Source: Candidatus Oleincola secundus (GTDB taxonomy: Bacteria > Atribacterota > Phoenicimicrobiia > Phoenicimicrobiales > Stramentimicrobiaceae). From it: 13,624 nucleotides of DNA. The notes under the pieces were generated by a model. The model had not been told where the DNA came from. It saw nothing but the letters and a program-made list of their open reading frames with translations, and made no database searches. Shown here piece by piece: positions 1-7,436 of this stretch (its first letter is position 1; every line of letters begins with the position of its first letter). The stretch covers positions 1-13,624 of the forward strand of contig JAGYLS010000046.1 in the NCBI GenBank assembly GCA_018400815.1. The letters are read 5' to 3'. The position numbers and the translations under genes are program-made.

Positions 1-352
1 ACTCCAGAGACAATTTATAAAATTTATTTGTTGTTTTATTTGATTATAATAATATTGGAGTGGAAAGAGCATTGATAGATATTGGTTTAGTTAAAAATAC
101 TAATAGAAATAAAATTGCCAGCAGAGGGAATCAAACTGCTTGGTTGTATGTCGAAAAAATATATTTTTCAATTTGCAGTACTTTATATAAAATAATATCA
201 TTATCAGAATCCTTAAATCAAAAGTAATAACATTATTAGAGTTAGAATTAGAATAAGTATACTCATTATACTATAAACCTAAGGTAAATCATATAACGAT
301 TTCTTCTATATAAGAATATGGTGTACTTATGATCAAGAAAAATATTATATTT

Positions 353-391
353 TTAGGGTATTAGGGTATGTAGAATAACCTTATATTTCAA
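353..391 (-). pseudogene. Possible 5' stub of trkH (K+ transport membrane subunit), 12 codons
   Basis: TTG overlaps the trkA TGA stop (TTGA) and reads (M)KYKVILHTLIP*, resembling typical TrkH N-termini (MNYKVIL..L). The frame ends in an 8-bp tandem repeat, ttagggta x2 (353-368). Confidence 0.4.
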
Positions 392-1746
392 TGAATATTT
401 TTACTTCTTCGTCCGTTAAAAAGTTGCTCTACTTTCTTGAGCTCAGTTGATTTGGCAAATACAATAACTTTATCTCCCTCGGCAATAAAATCTTCTCCAT
501 GAGGAATAATAACTTCTTCTTTTCTGATAATTGCACCAATAATGGTATTTTGGGGAAGATCAATTGATTTTAAGGGTTTATTAATGATTTTGCTGTATTC
601 ATGGGCAACGAGTTCGATAACTTCAGCTCCGCCTTCTTTCAAAAGGGTCAAGGAAATCATTTCTCCTCTCCTTAGGAAACGTAAAATAGCCGAGGCAGTA
701 GTTAAACGCGGATTAACTATTGCATTAATTCCGATTCTTTCTAAAATGGGAATGTAATTAGTTCGACTAATCTTTGCTATTACTTTTTTAGTACCAAGGT
801 GTTTAGCCAAAAGAGATACTAGTAAGTTTTCTTCATCATAACCGGTAACTGCGACAAAACCGTCAATTGTTTCAATTCCTTCTTCTTTTAAAAGATCGAT
901 GTTGGTTCCATCCCCGTTGATTACAAGAGTCTGAGGTAATAATTCTGCAATTTTTTCACACTTTGCCTTGTTTACTTCAATAAGCTTAGTCTTGATACCT
1001 ATTTTATTTAATAAAGAAGCAGTTTGAATACCTATATTGCTTCCGCCTAAAATAAGCACATTTTGCATAGCACATGATTTTTTATTGCAAATCAATTCCA
1101 GATCTTCATAATTTTCTCTTTTAAGTAAGATATATACCTTATCATCTAACAATAATTCATCATCACCGCTTGGGATAATCAGTTTATTTTCCCGATAAAT
1201 AGATGCCAATAAGGTGTTTGGTCCAAAGTTAATATCCTTAATTTTTTTATTGGCACATTTGCAGCCTTCTTCAATTTTCAAACCGAATAAAGATATTCGA
1301 CCGCCAGTAAAATTTTGAGCTTCGCTAACATTGGTTGGGGTTTTTAAAAGTTTAATAATTTCTTTGGCTGTAGCCCTTTCCGGATTGATGACAAAATCTA
1401 TTCCTAATTTTTCCTTGGAAAGTGAGTTACTATACATATACTCGGTGTTTCTAATCCGGGCAATCTTTTTTGCAACATTAAATTGTTTGGCCGTCATACA
1501 GGCTATCATATTAACTTCATCGGAACGGGTAACAGCAATAAGCATATCAGCTTGTTTGATCCCTGCTTGTTCCAATATTCGTACATTGGCACCATTTCCC
1601 ACGATGGTCATTATATCTAAATTATTATCTAAATCCTGTCTGATGTCATCTCTCTTATCAATAATAGTAACATCATGGTTTTCAGCTGAAAGTGTCTGGG
1701 CAATCTGACTGCCTACCTTGCCTGCACCGATAATAATAATTTTCAC
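388..1746 (-). CDS. trkA: Trk system potassium uptake protein TrkA (tandem RCK domains)
   Basis: N-terminal MKIIIIGAGKVG Rossmann motif, second motif VLILGGSNIG, and GNG/GDG..L...GI repeats; ~450 aa. Start moved from 1755 to the GTG at 1746 because the 1755 GTG is part of the SD AAGAGGTG, whose GAGG lies 8 nt upstream of 1746. Confidence 0.95.
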   Translation of the reverse strand: MKIIIIGAGKVGSQIAQTLSAENHDVTIIDKRDDIRQDLDNNLDIMTIVGNGANVRILEQAGIKQADMLIAVTRSDEVNMIACMTAKQFNVAKKIARIRNTEYMYSNSLSKEKLGIDFVINPERATAKEIIKLLKTPTNVSEAQNFTGGRISLFGLKIEEGCKCANKKIKDINFGPNTLLASIYRENKLIIPSGDDELLLDDKVYILLKRENYEDLELICNKKSCAMQNVLILGGSNIGIQTASLLNKIGIKTKLIEVNKAKCEKIAELLPQTLVINGDGTNIDLLKEEGIETIDGFVAVTGYDEENLLVSLLAKHLGTKKVIAKISRTNYIPILERIGINAIVNPRLTTASAILRFLRRGEMISLTLLKEGGAEVIELVAHEYSKIINKPLKSIDLPQNTIIGAIIRKEEVIIPHGEDFIAEGDKVIVFAKSTELKKVEQLFNGRRSKNIH

Positions 1747-1811
1747 AATATTCACCTCTTCGAATAGTCCTTATTGAAATAATATTTTGGGATAAAGATT
1801 AGGTAGTCATT

Positions 1812-1851
1812 AAAGATAAAATGAGAAACTAATTTTTTTTAGTTTCTCATT
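1812..1851 (-). terminator. Intrinsic terminator in the trkA leader
   Basis: Perfect 13-bp inverted repeat aatgagaaactaa (1820-1832) / ttagtttctcatt (1839-1851), running into TTTTATCTTT on the minus strand. Confidence 0.7.
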
Positions 1852-1859
1852 GATAATAA

Positions 1860-1958
1860 TTAATAATTTATTTGTTTTTTAATACAGATTATCTTGTTTA
1901 TGGGACTGCCTAATAACAGGTATAGATAAAAATTGTTGTTATCTATATCCACTGTCAT
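1860..1958 (-). CDS. Putative small uORF / leader peptide MTVDIDNNNFYLYLLLGSPINKIICIKKQINY (alternative GTG start at 1952)
   Basis: Lies downstream of a strong promoter. SD-like AGAGG sits 6 nt before the GTG at 1952. Open to TAA at 1862-1860, just before the terminator. No recognised homologue. Confidence 0.4.
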   Translation of the reverse strand: MTVDIDNNNFYLYLLLGSPINKIICIKKQINY

Positions 1959-2008
1959 CCTCTAAAAAATTTAATTCACACTACCTTTATTTTTTACTAT
2001 TCGAGGGC

Positions 2009-2037
2009 ATTTTATACCCTTTTTGAGTTTTTGTCAA
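2009..2037 (-). promoter_or_regulatory. Sigma70/SigA promoter directed toward the uORF and trkA
   Basis: TTGACA (2037-2032), 17 nt spacer, TAAAAT (2014-2009). Confidence 0.75.
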
Positions 2038-2163
2038 CCAGCAATTATGCTATATTTATTGTAGTAGAAATGTTATGATTTATAATAAAATATCGTTTAG
2101 TCTTGAATGTATATTGATATTACTAGAATATTATTAGATTAGATACATATTTAGTCAAGAAAG

Positions 2164-3539
2164 GTGAAAACTGTTTTCACTAAGAAAAACCCTGTTTACT
2201 GCCACTAATCCATGGATATATGACTTACAGCCTATGATTTGTCTAAAACCTCTGGGCTTACCTCTATATTGCTTCCTTATTGAGAAAAATGGGTTATCAA
2301 ATAGATTTTATTGATTGCATGGATCGCTATGATAAGGAATTGTTAAAAATCCAAAACCGTATTTCTCACCTGAAAATAATCAGGACGGGTGGCTATGTCC
2401 TTTTATAAAACAAATTCCTAAGCCAGCTATATTGCAACATAATCCCTAGAAACTATAGCCGCTATGGATTAGTGAAGATATTTTTTATGAAAAATAAACA
2501 GATGAAAAACCAGATGCAGTTCTGTAACTCAATCAAGACTTATTGGTATCCGGGAGTATTCAGAGTAATTGAATTAGTAAAACATTTTCCTGATTGCCCG
2601 GTAATTTTAGGGGTATTTATGCTATTAATTGTGTTATGAACATGCAGTAACCTTATCGGAGCTGATTTGTTCTGAAGAATCATCAAGTTTCACATTTAGT
2701 AAGTACTGCTGAAGGATATTCCTGAATACAGGGGAATCAAGCAATGCTAGATGATAATTTTCAGAATTTAGTTCTTCCCTATCCGGCATGGACTTGTATC
2801 CAGATTTGGATTATATTTGCCTTATTACCAGCAGGGATGTCCTTTTTCGATGTAGTTATTGCGCATCATATCTAATTAATCCTTACCTGGAATTCAGGAG
2901 CCCTTCTGCGGTTATGGAAGAGATTGTTCGGATGGAAGGAAGAGAAGGGGGTTAATCATTTTGTTTTTTATGATGATGCTCTTTTGGTCAACGCAAAATT
3001 AAACTTTATTCCTTAATGGAAATGTTAAAAAAAAGAAATGTGAACATTAATTTTCATACACCCAATGCCCTTCATGCCAATTTGATTACTCTATCCTATT
3101 GCCCAATTGATGATGGAAAATGGTTTTAAAAGAGTCTGGTTAGATTTGAAACTGCTGGATGATGAATTACAGAAAACAAACTCTGGTGGAAAATAGATAA
3201 CACGGGTTTAAAAAGCAGTTGATATTTTGTTAAAATCAGGTTTTTCTAATGAGCAGATCTAGGCTATGTTTTGATTGGTTTACTGGCCAGAGTTTTAAAA
3301 GCGTACTTGATTCAGTTTATTTTGTCATGGATATACAGGTATAAACCTACTTGGCAAAATTTTCTCCTATTCCTGGGACTAAATATGGAGTAAGGCGATA
3401 GAAGAATATAAGTTCTGTGAACCAGTTGATCCGTTTGCACAATGATGCTTTGATGCCTTATAACCTCCAGACATCAACTTAAAAATACTATCAAGTAAAG
3501 GCCTTAATACAAGATTTTGGTTATAAGATAAGTTTTTGA
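2164..3539 (+). pseudogene. B12-binding-domain radical SAM protein, multiply frameshifted
   Basis: Reading across frames gives NPWIYD..AYD..KPLGL.YIASLLRKMGYQIDFIDCMDRY, TYWYPGV, TSRG-CPF-RCSYCAS (CxxxCxxC at 2838-2862), FVFYDDALL, FHTPNALHA and FSPIPGT. Many 1-nt indels. Boundaries approximate. Confidence 0.85.
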
Positions 3540-3756
3540 TAGATTATTAATAACCATTGTTATTTTCATTAAATTTGCTATAATAAAAAGACCAATAATT
3601 AAGCAATTAATCTTGACAGTTTTTTGGGAGCTGGACATTGAGAAATAAGTTTTATTTTTATGTAGAAAGATTAAAGATAAATCATACAAATAGTAAAAGA
3701 ATATTTAGAACATTGAAAAAATAGTTGATGGTATAAGTTATAGGAGGTTTTATTAG

Positions 3757-3786
3757 ATGGAATTGTTAAAAGTATCTTCAAAATAG
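3757..3786 (+). pseudogene. spoVS: 5' stub of a SpoVS-family gene (MELLKVSSK*)
   Basis: Strong SD AGGAGG (3742-3747), then ATG GAA TTG TTA AAA GTA TCT TCA AAA TAG, matching the conserved SpoVS start ME(I/V)LKVS(A/S)KS. The rest of the gene is absent and a repeat element starts 15 nt later. Confidence 0.6.
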
Positions 3787-3800
3787 GAAAATCATACTAA

Positions 3801-4040
3801 TTTTATTTAACCATGAAAAACCACCTTCTAAGAAGGTGGTCATGGTTAAATAAAAGGTTTTACCATAAAAATATCAAGATAAGTCATATGATCATTTTTT
3901 ACCTGAATTCCAAAGAGTAATCATGCATAAAAATATTCAGTTAAAATATCAGAAAAAAGAAAAACCAGAAATAACCAGGAAAAAGTTCAACTTCTTTTAG
4001 AGGTTCTTAAAACCATCCGCTTTGCGGGTGAGATGTTTAC
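3801..4040 (+). mobile_element. Non-autonomous IS200/IS605-like element (PATE/MITE-like), copy 1
   Basis: Left hairpin ttttatttaaccatg-aaaa-accaccttct-a-agaaggtggt-catggttaaataaaa (3801-3855). Right hairpin catccgc-ttt-gcgggtg followed by ..TTTAC. The interior has a TnpA C-terminus-like remnant (KYQ..EK..KFNFF*). Collinear with 9589-9783. Confidence 0.65.
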
Positions 4041-4072
4041 TGTTATCGATTGATTAATAAGGAGTATATGTC

Positions 4073-4558
4073 ATGCAAGAAGAGGATAAAAATTTAAAAA
4101 GTGAAAAAGAAAAAAATGGTGAACAATTGACTGAAATAACTGAAAAAACGAAAACAAAAGGAAAGACTGACAATAGTGCATCGATCAAGAAAGATGTTAC
4201 TAAAAACAATTTAGGTGAAATCAAGATTGCAACGGAAGTTTTAGCAACTATTGTTAGTCGTATAGTAATTAATACTCAAGGTGTAGCTGGATTAGTAGCA
4301 CATTCCAAAGGTGGTTTTGGAACACTACTTGGTGTCAAAGAGATGGAAGAGGGAATTAAAGTAGACCTGATAGATGAAAAACATATGTCTGCCTATATTT
4401 CGGTTATTGTTGAATACGGTTCAGTGATTATTGATGTAGCAAAAAATATTCAATCAGCGGTAAAGATTGAAATTGAAAAGAATGCCGGACTTATGGTCAA
4501 AACAGTAGATGTTAACATTCTGGGTATACAAATGGCCAAGAAAAACGCAAAGAACTAA
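4073..4558 (+). CDS. Asp23/Gls24 family envelope stress response protein
   Basis: LGEIKIATEVLATI..GVAG..EEGIKV..VIVEYG..VAKNIQ..VK..GL.VKTVDVNI is the Asp23/Gls24 pattern, preceded by a charged N-terminal extension. SD AAGGAG at 4059-4064. Confidence 0.9.
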   Translation: MQEEDKNLKSEKEKNGEQLTEITEKTKTKGKTDNSASIKKDVTKNNLGEIKIATEVLATIVSRIVINTQGVAGLVAHSKGGFGTLLGVKEMEEGIKVDLIDEKHMSAYISVIVEYGSVIIDVAKNIQSAVKIEIEKNAGLMVKTVDVNILGIQMAKKNAKN

Positions 4559-4583
4559 GATATTAAAATTGAAAAGCTTTAAT

Positions 4584-4634
4584 AAAAAAACAGGCCTGTT
4601 TATTGAAATTTCAGCAGGCCTGTTTTTGGTTTTT
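4584..4634. terminator. Bidirectional terminator between convergent asp23-like gene and hup
   Basis: Stem aaaaacaggcctg (4586-4598) / caggcctgttttt (4615-4627), with an A tract on the left and a T tract on the right. Confidence 0.8.
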
Positions 4635-4644
4635 AAAAACTCAA

Positions 4645-4920
4645 TTATTGATTTACCTTTTCTTTTAATTCTTTACCAGCCTTAAAAAATGGAACACTTG
4701 CTTCCGGAAGAGAAATATTTTCGCCAGTTCTTGGATTGCGGGCTGTTCTAGCTGCTCTTTCTCTAACACCAAAGGTTCCGAAACCAACTAACCTAATAGA
4801 TTCTTTTCTGGCTAGAGCTTCTGCAATATTATCAAAAACACATTCTACCGCAGCTTTGGCATGAGCCTTTGTTACACCTCTATCACATGATACTTTATCA
4901 ATTAGTTCACTTTTGTTCAA
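4645..4920 (-). CDS. hup: DNA-binding protein HU
   Basis: MNKSELI..., GFGTF, ARTARNPRTGE and PFFKAGKELKEKV motifs; TTG start with SD GAAAGGAGGTG. Confidence 0.95.
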   Translation of the reverse strand: MNKSELIDKVSCDRGVTKAHAKAAVECVFDNIAEALARKESIRLVGFGTFGVRERAARTARNPRTGENISLPEASVPFFKAGKELKEKVNQ

Positions 4921-5017
4921 AATATGACACCTCCTTTCTTATATGAACAAAATATTCTGTTTTGTTTTACTATTTATTTTAAAAATCTTTCCTAAAAAAT
5001 GAACTCACATTACAATC

Positions 5018-5046
5018 AGAATATTAAAAATAAAAGGTTTTGTCAA
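5018..5046 (-). promoter_or_regulatory. Sigma70/SigA promoter for hup
   Basis: TTGACA (5046-5041), 17 nt spacer, TATTCT (5023-5018). Confidence 0.65.
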
Positions 5047-5214
5047 TCATTTTTGCTATATTATATTGAAAAAATAGGGATTACAGAGAGAAATGACAAA
5101 AATATTTTATTAGAATTTAATCCCACGACATTTTTTTGTTACAAATCCGAGTTCAATGGACCAGGAATTATTCTAATTGATATTTTAAATTGAATGTGAT
5201 TAACAATAAAGTTA

Positions 5215-5223
5215 TGGTATAAT
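5215..5223 (+). promoter_or_regulatory. Extended -10 promoter element upstream of the PEGA gene
   Basis: TGgTATAAT about 50 nt before the SD AAGGAGG; no clear -35. Confidence 0.5.
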
Positions 5224-5286
5224 TTATTATAAATTGATTCGTAGGTTAATAAGAAAAACATTTTGTATTATCAAGGAGGTTAAATT

Positions 5287-6354
5287 ATGAAATTACTTGC
5301 TAAAAAAGACAAAAAGAGCCAATTTAGCAAATTTCCATCTTTTGTCTATACTATCCTATATATTTTAATTTTGTTAATAAGTATCTCATTCATATTTACT
5401 GCAAGTGCGCAGGAAGACATAAAAAAAAGTATTCAGGTTATTAATCCCAGACCAGATTTTGCCCTTTCACTAAGATTAGATAAGGGTACAGGCGCTACCT
5501 ATGCTCCGGGTGAGAGGATTCGGATTTATTTTAGGTCTACCAAAAGTGCCTATGTTACAATTTTTGGATACGATAGTCGTGGAAACATCCGATTACTATT
5601 TCCTAATCAATATCAGAGAAGTCATTCTATAGAGGCCAATCGTGAATATCATATTGATGGTGTGATAGAAAAGGGTACATCTACTGGTATTGAGTATGTA
5701 CAGGGGTTTGCAACTGCAGAACCTGTTATTGTGACGCGAGAAATGGAGAGAAAGCTTGTAGAGGAAAATTTTCCGATAATTGGGGAAGGAATTAATATAT
5801 TTACCAAAAGAATTAAAGGGGTTTTATCGGCCTTACCTCCGCAAAGATGGGTCAGCAGCGAGATCTTGCATTATCAGGTAATAAACCGGACTGCAGAAAA
5901 CGGGCAATTACGGGTTAGTTCATCTCCTTCAGGAGCTGAGGTTTATTTGAGCAATCGCTATGCAGGGAGGACTCCACTTTCTATGGAGCAGATACGGGTC
6001 GGAGAGTATGTAATGCGGATTGAACATCCTGGTTATCAAATATGGAGTAGAACAATACGAATTAATCCCAATAGAACGACAACTATGCATGCTGATCTGG
6101 AAAGAATCAAACAATATGGCTCTATTGCTATTCGATGTAATGAGGATGATGCCCGAATCTATCTGGACGGTCAATACAAAGGCCAAACAGAGAGAAACAG
6201 GAACGTAATCTTAGAGCAGGTATCAGAAGGTTCCCATGATGTTAGAATAACCTTGAGCACATATCAGGATTGGTCTCAGAGAGTACAGGTAAGACCTAAT
6301 CAAAGAATACAATTAAATGTAAACCTTGAAAAGCTTATGGCACTGGTACTTTGA
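5287..6354 (+). CDS. Secreted/surface DUF4384 + PEGA-domain protein (open 5' part)
   Basis: Signal peptide ending ASA-Q; DUF4384-like Y.PGERIRIYF...AYVTIF..D.RG..LLFPN; two PEGA repeats (GQLRVSSSPSGAEVYL..GRTP; GSIAIRCNEDDARIYLDG). Strong SD AAGGAGG. Confidence 0.8.
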   Translation: MKLLAKKDKKSQFSKFPSFVYTILYILILLISISFIFTASAQEDIKKSIQVINPRPDFALSLRLDKGTGATYAPGERIRIYFRSTKSAYVTIFGYDSRGNIRLLFPNQYQRSHSIEANREYHIDGVIEKGTSTGIEYVQGFATAEPVIVTREMERKLVEENFPIIGEGINIFTKRIKGVLSALPPQRWVSSEILHYQVINRTAENGQLRVSSSPSGAEVYLSNRYAGRTPLSMEQIRVGEYVMRIEHPGYQIWSRTIRINPNRTTTMHADLERIKQYGSIAIRCNEDDARIYLDGQYKGQTERNRNVILEQVSEGSHDVRITLSTYQDWSQRVQVRPNQRIQLNVNLEKLMALVL

Positions 6355-6804
6355 AATTGATAGTAATGTGGATAACGCCAGGATTTATCTAGACGGAGAA
6401 TATCAGAGGAGAACCTCTATCAACAGAAGTGTGATAACTGATAATATTCATGAAGGTATTTATGAATTACGAATTATGAAAAGAGGGATATTTAGATTAT
6501 ATAAATAATATAAGAATTACACCTGGACAAACTTTATTACATCGATGTAAGATTGGAGCCCGAACAAAAAGAAGGTGCTATTGCTATTAATTGCAATGAA
6601 AGCAATGCCAGAATATTTATCAATGGTGTTTACAATACGACAACTTTTGCCAATCAGACCAGATTATTGATGAACTCCAAGAGGGAGTTTACGAAATAGT
6701 AGTGATAAAAGATAGTTTTCTGTACCTGGTTAGATGAAATTAGAGTTTACCCCGGAGAGACTACCTCTGTGTTTGTAAATTTAATCAGGGTTGAAAATTA
6801 TTAA
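6340..6804 (+). pseudogene. Frameshifted 3' continuation of the PEGA gene (repeats 3 and 4)
   Basis: EIDSNVDNARIYLDGEY..EGIYELRIMK/EGYLDY..RITPGQT and GAIAINCNESNARIFING..EGVYEIVVIKD..W.DEIRVYPGET continue across several frameshifts to TAA at 6802-6804. Confidence 0.8.
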
Positions 6805-6892
6805 TAGGTGATTAATAATATATTTTAGGTAAAAATAAAGCTAAGGGAAAACAAAAAATAGTAAAAAATTAGACAGGAGGATTAAACAAAAT

Positions 6893-7225
6893 ATGGCAAA
6901 TGTTGATTTGAAACGGCAAATGGGTAAATTGCATAAGGAAATGCCAGATGTTATGAGAAAAGGGTTTGATCCGCTAAGCGAACAAGCCCTAAGAGATGGT
7001 GCTTTAAGCAAAAAGACAAAAGAACTTATGACTGTAGCCTTAGGTATTGCAGCACTTTGTGAACACTGCATTAAGTTGCATACCCCGTTAGCTGTAAATG
7101 CCGGAGCCAGTAGAGCAGAACTTTTAGAGGCCGCAGCAGTAGCTATGATGATGAAGGGTGGACCGGCAGTTACTTATGTTGCTACAGAATTATTACCATT
7201 ATTGGATGAACTGGGAGTAGAATAA
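6893..7225 (+). CDS. Carboxymuconolactone decarboxylase (CMD)/AhpD-like protein with CxxC
   Basis: DGALSKKTKELM..ALGIA..CEHCI..H...A...GAS.AEL.EA pattern; SD AGGAGG upstream. Confidence 0.9.
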   Translation: MANVDLKRQMGKLHKEMPDVMRKGFDPLSEQALRDGALSKKTKELMTVALGIAALCEHCIKLHTPLAVNAGASRAELLEAAAVAMMMKGGPAVTYVATELLPLLDELGVE

Positions 7226-7295
7226 TACGAGTAAGTAATAAAATTATCTAAATTTTATAAAAGAAATTTTGATGATTTTTATATTGATTATTAAT

Positions 7296-7333
7296 AGTAA
7301 AAGCAGATTAGAGCAATCTAGTCTGCTTTTACT
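7296..7333 (+). terminator. Terminator-like hairpin between the CMD gene and lpdA
   Basis: agtaaaagcagattaga-GCAA-tctagtctgcttttact: 17-bp stem with one G-U pair and a GNRA loop. Confidence 0.7.
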
Positions 7334-7436
7334 CTAATGAGCTATGTAAATAGGTTATTAGAGAATTAACATCATATAAGGAAAAAGTTTAAAAAGATTA
7401 TTTCAAATCTTAGATATAGATAGAGGAGTAACAATC

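Noticed and set aside
542..1708. Plus-strand ORFs 542-757 and 1331-1708
   Set aside because: Antisense shadows of trkA with no recognisable motifs.
1760..2010. c-di-AMP (ydaO) or another known riboswitch upstream of trkA
   Set aside because: I could not find the conserved ydaO blocks or those of other common riboswitches by eye; a covariance search is still needed.
3504..3689. 61-aa minus-strand ORF
   Set aside because: AT-rich, overlaps the pseudogene end, and has no SD or motif.
5146..5162. tRNA T-arm-like GAGTTCAA
   Set aside because: No cloverleaf, acceptor stem or anticodon arm can be built around it.
4999..5193. 64-aa plus-strand ORF
   Set aside because: No SD, overlaps the hup promoter, and has no recognisable features.
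5929..6508. ORFs 5929-6186, 6020-6208 and 6326-6508 as separate genes
   Set aside because: The first two are shadows inside the PEGA gene; the third is a frameshifted fragment of PEGA repeat 3.
6841..7071. 76-aa minus-strand ORF
   Set aside because: Antisense to the CMD gene.
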